A program made the position numbers and the translations under genes. Shown piece after piece: positions 40,463 through 51,868 of a stretch of 64,000 nt of DNA (positions are counted from its first letter, which is position 1; each line of letters starts with the position of its first letter). This DNA is from Vicugna vicugna (Eukaryota), in assembly GCA_013265495.1 (NCBI GenBank), contig MU058449.1:606176-670175 (forward strand). Reading direction: 5' to 3'. The notes below the pieces were generated by a model. That model was not told where the DNA came from. It saw only the letters and a program-made list of their open reading frames with translations, and searched no databases.

Positions 40463-40903
40463 ACACATTTCCAAAACTCTGGAGCTGGTAAGGATGAAGC
40501 TATATTTCAGGGGTTGCAAATGGCTACAAAGCGATCAAAGGACATGATCAGGAGCACCGAGGACTCCATGTCTGTGAATCCATGGATGAAAAATTCCTGG
40601 GCGATGCAGGCATCAGCAGAAATTCCCATGGCATTGAACTAGAAGATCCTTAGCATGGTGGGAAGAGAGGAGAAACACAAGCCCAGGTCAGACAGGGCCA
40701 GCATGGAGAGAAAATAGTACATGGGCTCATGCAGGGAAGGCTCCGTCCTGATGACAAAGGATGGTGGAGTTGCCCCAGATGGCCATGAGGTACATGAGGC
40801 AGATAGGGATGGAGACCCAAACGTGCATATGCTCAAGCCCTGGAATCCTGATCAACAAGAATGGAGAGATTGCAACTTCCGAGGTATTGAGAGGAAACAT
40901 CAT
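40463..40903 (-). pseudogene. Truncated OR51A-type olfactory receptor pseudogene (TM1-TM3 only)
   Basis: [22 protein letters not shown], frameshift at ~40757, then [26 protein letters not shown] at 40641-40639, then [43 protein letters not shown], another frameshift at ~40511. The 3' half is absent. Its position between OR51S1 and OR51F2 would fit OR51A8 (recalled). Confidence 0.88.
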
Positions 40904-41281
40904 AAATAGATCTCTTATTAAATGATGTACTGCTTGTGTGATTTTTAGAAGATTTAAAAGTGTTGAAAAGTAAAAAAAAAGTCTCTTATTTATCTGCTCC
41001 TGGTAGATAAATAACAACAACAACAAACAGAAATTCTCTTAGTTATATGTACTGAGCACAACTAAGTTCAACTGTCAGTTAAATTCAACATTGCTCACAT
41101 TTAGGTGTCAAGAAATAATGTAATATAACTTTTTCTATATGAAGAAAAATATGGAGTAGATTTAAACAGTTTCTTCATGATATTTATTTAAGACCTTTAC
41201 AATCTTCAAGTCTGTCTTTATTCCCTGACATACCTCTAAACAACTCTACAGAAGTAATGAGGTGCTTTATTAACCTTTTTT

Positions 41282-41569
41282 CCCTCTGTTTATAATTTTA
41301 TTTTTTAATAAGTCATAGTTGATTTAGAATATTAGTTTCAGGTGTACAGCAAAATAGTTCAGTTATATGTATACATACATATATACACATATTTTCAGAC
41401 TCTTTTCCGTTATAGCTTATTACAAGAAATTGAGTGTAGTTCACTGTGCTTGTTATTTATCTATTTTATATGTAGTAGTGTGTATCTGTTAATCCCAAAC
41501 TCCTAATTTATCCTTTCCCTTTTTCCCCCTTGGTAACCATAGTTTGTTTTCTATGTCTGTGAGTCTTTC
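41282..41569 (-). mobile_element. Short L1 3'-end insertion with 14-bp TSD
   Basis: atagttgatttagaatattagtttcaggtgtacagcaaa...tggtaaccatagtttgttttctatgtctgtgagtct. TSD tattaacctttttt at 41268-41281 and 41570-41583. Confidence 0.85.
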
Positions 41570-44399
41570 TATTAACCTTTTTTTAAATCACCACTTTTTG
41601 AAGTTTATGCATCACGTAAAGTAAGTTGGAATGTATTGTAATCTGGAAAAGCTCTAACATCATGAAAGTGGTCAGTGGTAGTGTACTCATACAAACCACA
41701 GATGCTGTAGTAGCAGGAGTTAAAGGAAGCCTAAATCTTGTGTTATTGTTCATGGAACCTGTGTGTGAAAATATAAAATTGATCTGCCACAGTGCTGAGT
41801 TTCCCTTTTGTCTCAGCCTTTCAAATGTGGTTAATGTTCCTTTAACGTGTAGCACATACCACAGTTGTCACTTGTAGATGCCTAAAGCACTCACATCCTT
41901 TCCATGCAATTGCTACTAGTGCTGCTCAGAATGGCTACAGTGTTTGCTCTTCTCTCCTTGTTATTGAATTTCTTTCCCATTGCTCTTGGCTTCTCTGTGT
42001 CTACCGTTAGGTTGGTGGCCCATTCAGTTCTTATCTCTGGTATTCAGACGTGATCCCACTCATAACCCTGGTGTCAGCATCACTGACACCTTGGGTAACT
42101 CTGCTTCTAACAGCTTTAGACCAGAAAAGACCCAGTGGTGCAGCTGACAATCTGCCCATGTCCTTGTCAGAGGAGTGGGATTCAGATACAGAGAAAAGGG
42201 ATAGAACAATGTCCATTCTTACTCGATGAGTCCCTTCAGAACAGATCATTTCCAAAGTTCCATGTCTGTGGCTTTTCTTGACAAGCTCCCAACCTAACTC
42301 AGCTAACTAAATAAATGACTTACTGTTGATAACATTTTTTCCCACTATGCTCATCATGCAAATACAAAGATGTATCCCCATCCCACATACAGACCCTAAT
42401 CTTATCAGTGGTCAATGCTGTCCCAAATGTAGCTTGATCTCTTACACTGGAGAACCCATGAAACATTTTCACCTCCAGCCCTCTGAAAGGTATAGGGTTG
42501 ATGTCTATAAATTGCAGGCTTTTTTCTATGGAAACATAAGATCATCTTAAGGAAGGTCAATTTCAGTCTCTAGGACACCTACCAGGCTCCTGGTTGTCGT
42601 ATCCCAGAGCAGCAGTGGAGAGGTTTCAAATGACTCAGGTTCTGCAGTTTCTTCACTTCAGCACCCTGTTGGGAATCTGCACCCTTATTTATACTCTTAC
42701 ACTCTTCTCTAGCACAGGCACACCCTCCTGAGAATGAACAGACACCTGTGTCCCTGGGAATAAAGACTCCACTTGCTTCGTCACTGTCTGTCAATAAGGT
42801 GCTCTGCTAAGAAAATGCAGAGTGCAGGCTCTGCCTCACAGTCATAGGTTTAACTCTTGTGACTCTCTTCCCACATGAAGTGTGGGCTTTGGGGACAGCC
42901 AGTCTCAGATATTGGTAAGGCAGCCCATGGCTCCAAAATTAAGTGTATGCCTTAGCAGACTTGGTGTAAGACTATCACAGACCGTGTGTGGAATTTTGCT
43001 CTCAGAGGTGTTCTATTTGGTCATCACAATGTCCAATTTTATTTTTATTGTGAATGCATTTAAGTTGTTCACAAGCTCTCAAATTTATCATAAACTCCTC
43101 TTTTTTTCATTGTCTTATATTCAGTCCTTCACCTTTATTGACAACCGAAAGCATTTGACTTTATAGAACAGAAAGCTGAGGGTTGCAAGCAGTCTGGTAT
43201 CTTGGACCCTCAGGTGTAGAAGAGGAAATCAGTTTTTATCCAGTTCTCAACTTTGCAAACTGGAAGTAAACAAAAGGTGTAATTCTGGTAATGTGGTTAT
43301 AGGAGGACATATGATTTTCAGGCAGAGAGTAGAAAATAAGATCTAGCAAAACATCTTACTCCTGAAATGGTATAACAGATATAAATGAATCAACTTTGAT
43401 AAGCCAACAATGTATTCAAGTTAGTAGAAGAGGGGGTATGCTGGAGGTGAGGGCTGCAGTCATCAAATTAGGTCAGGCAGAAACTTAAAGAAAAGAGACC
43501 CGTAAATAATTAATTTTGGTTTTCCACTTCTCCCCCCCAAAATGTATTTCCCGTTAAATACATTGGATAAAATAATACAAATGTCTAACCTTGACGTACT
43601 TATCAGTTCAGGATCATAATGGAATTATATGGCTCAAGTTCATCTATGTTACTTCCTCCCAGCACTTTCTGACAGATGTCTGCATTATTCTGAGTTCAAA
43701 ATTCATTGGTCTCCAGGTCACAAAATGGGACCAGGAGGAAAAGCAGCTGGTACTAGAAAAAAACTGCTTCTTTTTTTGTTTGTTTTTTCAGGGAAGATAG
43801 CTATGAGAACTCTGGCCCTAGAGGAACTTAATTTAAGTAAAGGGTCCATTTATCTAAGTAAATGTAGGTAAATTCAGGTAAAAAATGAAATAAAATGTAT
43901 TATCTTCCTCCTATATTATCCTTCCAATTCACATTGCTGCCCTGGTCCCTCCTGTTTCATTTCTTCTTTCCCTGATTCCTCTTTTCCACTTATTGTTAAT
44001 ATTATTATTTTAGTGTAAAAGGCTATGAATTTAACAATGACAAATATTTCTCATAAAAGAAATTGCTCTTAGCAGTCTTTCTGAGCCCACTTTTGTAAAC
44101 TTTATGTACTCATAACCCCAATGGCATTTGAGTGAATAAGCCCCAAAATCTTGAAACCTTTCAATGTCTCATGCCATCGAAAAAAACTCTCGTCATTTTA
44201 CAAAGGATATTTATTTTGTCTTGTCTGCATACCTTACAAAACCAAGCCTGAATACAGTGCCTTTCAAGATAGTATTTTTCCTATGCAAGATCACTTCTCG
44301 TTGTACCCAAGCCAATAAGCAGTCAGATCTCAGCAAAGCATGAGCAGGGAAATGTTATTACAGTTTGGAAGAAAATGGCTTAACCACTAAAGGCGTTAC

Positions 44400-46300
44400 A
44401 GAATCTTACCTCATTGAATTAATGAACATTTGTAGAAGCATATTTTAAAGGTATTAAATCTGAGACAGTAGAGGAAATGGCTGGTGGCATGAATATAAAT
44501 TGACATGGAGAGAAATTTATTGACATGAGGACACTCATCCATGATTGGAGTTCACTGTTATATCAAGGAAACCTGCCTGCTGTGATAATGCACTGTTGAG
44601 ATGGTTGCTTGAAGCTTTAACATGATGATTGCCTATAGAAAATTAGATAGAGATGCCATATCTGGTTGGCATCATATAGAAATCTCAAGGAGGTGGACAT
44701 GTTAGAATGGATGTATCATGGAGGGCCAGATAATTTATCACATGATTATTTTCTCTGGAAGGAAAGAGAGGGCATTCCTTCACTTAAGCAACAAAGAATG
44801 CATTTGTAAGAGAGTATCTGACATCTTTGAATAATTCAGTAGTTGCTGTTCTCTGTAGACTGGGCTTGGCAGTGAAAGCTGCTTCTATGGAAAAACTCCC
44901 TAGTAACAATGAGAATAGACGGATTTTCAGACCGCATGGTAGTACTTAACAATCAGAAGTAAGGTAAGTAATTACTGTTGAGAGTAGCAAGGCTAGAACG
45001 ACAATCACAGTGTCAGTGCCCATTATGATCTGTTCCATTAGATGATAGCATTCCTGCAGATAAGCTCAGTGGACAGTGACTAGGGTGTTACTTGAAATAC
45101 ATTTAAAATAGAGAACTTCTGAGCGTCAGACTGACATCATCCACTCTAACTGAACAATGTGGTTCCTTAGCCTGTTTAAAGATTTAAGTCACTTGACATA
45201 CCCAGTGTCCATCAATTACACATGAGCCTTAGTTCCCTTGATGAAATAACCTGCAGTGCCACTGTAAATATGAAACAAAAAATATCCATGGAAATATGTC
45301 CATTTCCAAATGTGCTGGCTCACTGGGCAGAGGAGAATACTCAGAGTCTTTGAGGACTGCTGGATATAGGATATGATCTCTCACTGATAATAGGCACCCA
45401 AACATACCATCCTGCTCTTTTTTGGTTAAAGCGTGAGTTTATTGAAGCAAGATTAATGGAATTCTGGACAAAGTTTATCTCATAGTAAACCCAATGATTC
45501 TTAGCTCTGCCTGTGCTTATTCCATAGATGCCTAAGTATGTAACTGGCAATATTACATTTAGTAGCTAGGGAAAATCTCATGTTACCACATCTGTGAAAT
45601 TTAAACTGTTATGATAGGAAGGGCAAAGTACAAGATCACAAAAGCACAAATAAATAATGTGAATAGTTATTCCAGAATCCCATGGAACCTATCACTTTTA
45701 TATGGATGCTTCTCCATTATTTCACATCCATAGCCTTACTGGAGGTTCCCAGTAAGTTGTTAGAAGAGAAGATAAATATTCAGGCTTGGTTTCTGCTGGA
45801 TTGGTGGGCAAGTTGGTGTTAACCAAAAATAGAATATGATGTCACAACAGCCCCACACATTGTGGCCAATAAAAAGAACAGTGAAGGAAAATTCTCATAA
45901 TGTACAGTACTCTTGGTTGTCAACTTTTTGTGAAAAGAGAGGCTGTCTGATGTATGTGGATATGCACAGGCTTCTGTACTTTCATGAAAGGTTTGGATAG
46001 TTGATCGGGTATGGAACTAGCAAATTTGAAAGAAGAGAGACAAGGAAGTCTGTAGAAGATGTACATGAAGTACATATTGAAGTGGTCATAAAGGGTGAAA
46101 ATCTTTTTATCTCATACTACTACCCACCAAACAGTACTCACCCCAGTAGAGGAACTCAACAACCAAGTGGAAAGAACCAGCATGTAAATATCACCCAGCC
46201 TTAGCTATACCACTGCTGGTCGCCTGGGGCACAGGTGAAGTCATCATGGCAGAGAGAGAGAGAAGGCATGAGCAACTCCCTTCTGCCAAGGCTAATCTGG
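44400..46300 (+). mobile_element. Decayed ERVL-class internal region (gag, protease, RNase H remnants)
   Basis: gag-like gaaatttattgacatgagg...atgttagaatggat. Protease-like cactgggcagaggagaatactcag...ctgctggatatagga (cf. HWG...LLDTG). RNase H-like caggcttggtttct...gtgaaggaaaattctc. Confidence 0.7.
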
Positions 46301-46948
46301 GGAAAATGTTGAGAAAACAGTGTGATCCTCACTCCTGGGATGTTAGTAATGGCATTACAAGCTCAACGTTCAGCTAACAGCAGCAGTGCAAAATCCAGAG
46401 CACTTTATATGGCCCTTTCTATTTACATTGGATATGACCCTACACATAATAAAGGGCAGAAATAACTTGGCCTACGTAAGATCTAATGTTAAATTACATT
46501 CCTGTGTATTTTAGGATTCACTCTATAGTATGTGTATTTCAGAAGCATGCAGAGAATTGAGAGTTTTAAGAAAAAAATCCAGTTAATTAAAGTACTTTTT
46601 GTACATTATTCAGAAAATAACAGCTGTCTTGTTAACAGAGTTTCCTAGTTAAATCTGGATTGTTATAATTGTGTACAGAGTCTGAATGAATATTTTATTC
46701 AGGTCTCGTAATACCTGCAAATATAAATAGTTGTTAACTTACATTATTTCACTTTATCTTGAAAACAAAATTATAGTTTAGGTGGTATTAATATGGGCTT
46801 AACTGAAAGGGGACCTAAGCAAATATCATACAACCTGTAAGTTGCAGAATCTGGACTGTTGGAGGCATATCTAGGCACTTTGGGGACAATTACCCGATTC
46901 TACCAAAGCACTCACTCATAAATGGACTTACTCTGAGATAACTAAAGA

Positions 46949-47899
46949 TTAGATTTGGAACCACTTCTGAATTAAGACCTTGATAATAGCCTTTTGAATC
47001 TGCTTAGTCTTCACACTGTAGATGATAGGGTTGAGCACAGGAGGAATGAGCAAGAAGGTATTGGCCATGATGGTATGGACAAATGGAGGTGCTGAATGGC
47101 CATAGTGATGGACAAGAGACAGGCTGATGAGAGGGATGTAGAAGATGGCAACAGCACTGATGTGGGATATGCAGGTGTTGAAGGCTTTCTGCTGCCCCTC
47201 TAAGGAAGCAATGCTGAGGACAGACCAGATGATCAGGACATAGGAGAGCAAGATGCAAGGACAGTCAAACCCTGTTGTGGAGAAGAGTGCAAACAGACCA
47301 AGGATGCTGTTGATTCTGTTGTCTGTGTATGAGAGTTGAATGAGATCAACATGGTAGCAGTAAGAATGTGAAAGGACCATAGAACTGCAGAAGGAGAGCC
47401 GCTTGACCCAGAGCACAACTGGCAACATGACAGCAACATTTCTTATTGCCATGCTTACCCCAATCTGGGCAATCCTGGCATTGGTGAGGATGGTCGTGTA
47501 TCTCAGTGGGTCACAGATGGCCACAAAACGATCAAAGGCCATGGCCAGAAGAACCCCTGACTCCATGAAAGTAAATCCATGGAGAAAGAACATCTGAGCG
47601 ATGCAGGCGTTTAAGTTGATCTCTCGGGCTTCGAACCAGAAGACACCAAGGGTAGTGCAAAGTGTGCATAGGGACAAGCTCAGGTCTGTGGCTGAAAGCA
47701 TAGAGAGGAAGTAATACATGGGCTCATGGAGGCTCTGTTCATGGAGGACCACCAACAGGATCATGCTGTTCCCAGCCAGGGCGATGGCATACAGGAGACA
47801 AAATAGAATGGAGATCCAGACCTGGACTGCTCTCAAGCCTGGAATACCCGTCAAGAGGAAGGTCAGAGGCTGAGCACTGGTATTGTTGAGGACCAGCAT
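46949..47899 (-). CDS. OR51F2: Olfactory receptor 51F2, open frame, 316 aa (possibly degenerating)
   Basis: Intact ORF from MLVLNNT (ATG at 47899). FWFEAREINLNACIAQMFFLHGFTFMESG and STTGFDCPCILLSY match recalled human OR51F2. Acceptor tcttgtcttctcag lies just upstream. Confidence 0.9.
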   Translation of the reverse strand: MLVLNNTSAQPLTFLLTGIPGLRAVQVWISILFCLLYAIALAGNSMILLVVLHEQSLHEPMYYFLSMLSATDLSLSLCTLCTTLGVFWFEAREINLNACIAQMFFLHGFTFMESGVLLAMAFDRFVAICDPLRYTTILTNARIAQIGVSMAIRNVAVMLPVVLWVKRLSFCSSMVLSHSYCYHVDLIQLSYTDNRINSILGLFALFSTTGFDCPCILLSYVLIIWSVLSIASLEGQQKAFNTCISHISAVAIFYIPLISLSLVHHYGHSAPPFVHTIMANTFLLIPPVLNPIIYSVKTKQIQKAIIKVLIQKWFQI

Positions 47900-48789
47900 A
47901 ATGAGGGACTGAGAAGACAAGAGATATTTGAATAATTAAACATAACACATGATGAAAATACAGCTTGTCACTTAGACCATCTTTCTGGCACTCTGGGATT
48001 CACTGAATTACTATTGCTGATTCTCCAAGAACTTTCCTATTCTCTGAGTTGTCTAGAACTGCAAGCCTCTTTTTCTGTCTCAGTATTTCTCATTTGTTGA
48101 GAAGGGAGGAGTCCCTGAATTGTTTCACATCAAATTTTCTTGCATCCCTAATTCTCTTTTTTGGCAACAAATACCACAATTTTAAATCATCCATTAAATT
48201 TAATTGACTTTAGAAGTCCCCAGTAGAATACCTAAACAATATACTGATAAATCTGGTTTCCAGTATTTTTTTTGAAAATAATTTATTGATCCTGGAATAA
48301 AGCACTGAAAAAGCAGCTCACAATTGAAATGTGAATATTATGAGGCTTTCCTGGGATATATCCAGAAGGATGTCAGGACATCCTCAAGATACCCATGTCT
48401 ATGTAATGACAGGGTGGTCCAAAGAATCACCCTAAGAAAAATAAGTATATCTCTGATTTGTCAGGAGTTCCCTGTATTATTGACAAATATTTGTATGCAT
48501 TACATAATTTTATCCATATTCTAACTCCTAGAGTATATATGTTTTGCATATGACAAAACCAAGACTCAACAGTTAAATAATCCCCCAAGTTTTTATAAAG
48601 ATAGCAGATACTGAGAGAAACCACATATATAACAAAGGTGAAGAAAAAGAAGGAAAGAGAGAGAGAAAGAGTAAGAAAGAAAGATAAAGAGAGAAAGAAA
48701 GAAAGAAGAAGGCAAACCTTGTCATTATTTTATCACATTGCAGTAAGCACCTCACTTTAATGAATAGCATCGGCTACTGCGAAACACAA

Positions 48790-49030
48790 AGAACTCTAAT
48801 AGCTAGCATTTCTTGAACGTATATTATGTGCCAGATCCAATTATCTTCATATCCATAATCTGATCCAATAATCATAACTATCCAATTAAGTACTGCAAAT
48901 ATCATCCCAAATATACATACAGAGAAGCTGATGTTTAATGTAATTAAGTAATTTGCCCCAAATTGTGCAGCTATGCAGTTGAAGAGCTGAAGTTGGAACC
49001 TGCAGCTATGACCCCAGTGCCTTCATTCAG
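48790..49030 (-). mobile_element. MIR SINE remnant
   Basis: taatagctagcatttcttgaacgtatattatgtgccag...ttaagtaatttgccccaaattgtgcagct. Confidence 0.6.
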
Positions 49031-50651
49031 TGAGGCTGAGACATGCATAGGAGGAATCTCTAACCCAGTCTGAGGAAGGTCCCTGGCGGTTTTCAGGTGT
49101 TTGCTTTCCAAGATACACTGTGGTCAATGTGGCATTTTTGGAGTAGAGTCCTAAGTTTTAGATGCTATTTCTGTGTGACTTGTACAGATATGAAGCTGTT
49201 TAGGTTTCTCAGGAAAGGAATCTAATCGTGAATAATCTGTTTACAAAGGGCCCAGAGAACTAGATGTTGAGGATACAGTCACTATGGAAAACAACACCAA
49301 AGCAGAACTGCCAAATGCAGTTGACTCATTTTAGTGACCATCTCATTTATCCACCACTTACATATTGTGCTGATGATACTTCCCTTCTGGAAATTTTCTC
49401 TCCGTGTGTATTATTACATGGCATAAGTTTCTATCATTTTTTTCCCCCTTCCCCTGGCAAAAGAACCTTAAATGTGGTATCCTTCAGGTATCTGCACTTT
49501 GCCCACTCTCAAGCCATTTAAAAAAATATCTCACCCATTTTTACAGCTTCATCTTTCACCAGTTTAATGATAAATTTCTAATAAATATCTGAAAACCAGC
49601 TCCAGTGTCCAGGTACCTGAAGATAGAACTTTCTTCTGAACATACCTGTATGGATTTCTCATGATTAAATCAAATTCAATATCTTGAAAACCAAGTAGAT
49701 CATTTTCCCCAATAATTGTTCTTCTTCCTAAATATTCTATATAAAGTTTATAATTTTTCACAAAAATCAGCCAGTTATCTAATTAAAAGCTCTAAAAGTT
49801 ATCCTGTTCTCTTTTTTCTAATCGTCACCACTCCCAATAAATTACCAAGTCTTTTCTATTCAACCTCTAATACCTCTTCCTTCTTCTTCCTGCTCTATTT
49901 AAACACAAAATAATCCATTTTTGATCTTCATACTATATAGTTTGAACAATTACGTTGACATACAAATAGTAATAATTTGTTATAAATATAAAATAACAAG
50001 GGCTGCGAAACAGTAACAGTAGCATTCATTTATTAAGGATCTTCTCCATGCTAGGAAAATGTAAGTGAGGAAAACAGTCTTTCAAACTTAATAAAAATTA
50101 GAGAAACAGATACCAGATCATGTGAGGCAAGGCACTGGAGTCCAATGTATAGGCTGAAGAATATACATTTATTAGAAAACAAAGACATAAAATATTATTT
50201 TTTATGTTTTCAACTTAAGATGCTAGAAAAATATTTAAATAAATGTCAAAAGAAGCAATGAATCAAAAAGAAGCAATTAATAAAGATAAAAAAGCACAAA
50301 TGAATGAGTTAACAATAAAACCGAAGGTGATTATTTAAAAATAAAGTATGTGAGCTTTTTTCAAGAGATGTCAAGAAATTTTAGAAAAAGCATGATTAAC
50401 TGGACAAGAAGTGAAAAAGAAAACAAAAGTATAGCAAAATAAAACTTTATATCAGAGCAGTATGCATAGTATAATTCTATATTTGTCAGTAGATATAAAA
50501 TAGATACATTTATAGGAAAACATTAATCACCAAACTAGCCCAGGAAAGCAAATTCAGAGTAGAAGAAATGGTAATGACAGGAAAAACTCCCACAAAACCA
50601 GACTTAAAGAAAAAAGTAGAGTATTTCTATTCTATACAAATTCTAGTAGAG

Positions 50652-50840
50652 CAGAAGAGAGATTTTGAGCCGCAGGGTCATTTGGCAATGCCTGGAGACA
50701 GTTTTGTTTGTCACAACTGGGGAAGGAATGCTACTGGCATCTAGTGGTAGAGGCCAGGGAGGCTTACATCCAAAAATACACAAGATGGCAAAGATTATCC
50801 AGCCTCAAATGTCAATAGAGCAGAGGTTGAGAAGCCCTAT
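50652..50840. mobile_element. MER20 hAT-Charlie DNA transposon
   Basis: catttggcaatgcctggagacagttttgtttgtcacaactgggg...gctactggcatctagtgg...aaatgtcaatagagcagaggttgagaagccct. Confidence 0.85.
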
Positions 50841-51358
50841 TCTAGAGCATATGAAAAGATGTAAAGTACATTTTAAATTTATACAGTGATGTATGTTAAT
50901 TGTATTTCAATAAAACTGGAAAAAATTCAAAGAGTACCTATGTCTCACAAACAAATCAGCATGTGTTTTGCAACCAGGAGAAAAAAAAAAAAGATGGAAA
51001 GTTATTCATCTAATTACTTAGGATGACATATACAAAGATTATATATAATTTTTTCTCCAGCTAGATGCAACTGTGCTTTTAAAGAATATTGGACTTTGAC
51101 ACAGGAGATTTTGTCTTATGAGTGAAGAAATTAGTCATCTTAAGAAATCTATCCATGGTATGACTACACCAGCAGAGTAAAGGAGGCAAAACGTGATTTT
51201 CTCAAGAGATGAGGAAAAAATCAGAAAATGCAATGGTTATTCATAATAATTTTTTTAATGTTTAGGAAGAAAATAAGTTTCCAAATGAAAGGTATCTTTC
51301 AGAAATTTGAAGCAAACATTTACTGTTGACATATGAAAAGCATTTTTATTAAAATAAG

Positions 51359-51868
51359 TGAAAGGATAAAGGAAAATTTCCCCCTGTCATTACTGAGTTC
51401 TTTCGACTAGTCTAATAATTGAATTGAAACCAGACAGATTAACAAGTGAAAAAAGAATTTAAGTTGTATGTATGGAAGTCTCATTGAAATGGAACCTAAG
51501 AAGTGGCCAAAGCAGGCAGCTTCATACTCTTTAGACAAAGACAACAGATTTGTGAGAAATTGCCAAGACAAAGAACCTTGGGCTTGGGTGCTTAATTAGT
51601 GAAGAATCTAAACAGAGTTTGGTTTTGGGGTAGCAAATTCATAAGGAAGTAATAAGGTTTGTCTGCGTAGCCTTCTGGTCCCTGAATTCCCTATCTCTAG
51701 TGATAAGGATGTTTCTCTACATGACAGATTTGTTTCCTGCTTTTAGAAAGAAAGAAGAGGATTAGCGTGTCCTTCTTGTATTGCCTGTTTCTTAAGTAAC
51801 TTTAATTCAAAATAATCAATAAGCCATATTCTGTCATATTTTGGGGTGATCTGCCCTGAGCCCCAACA
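51359..51868 (-). mobile_element. ERV1-class solo LTR (MER34-like)
   Basis: Colinear with 21693-22191 (gtctaataatt, gcaggca, gtgataaggatg, tttcttaagtaacttt..ttcaaaataatca). Confidence 0.7.
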
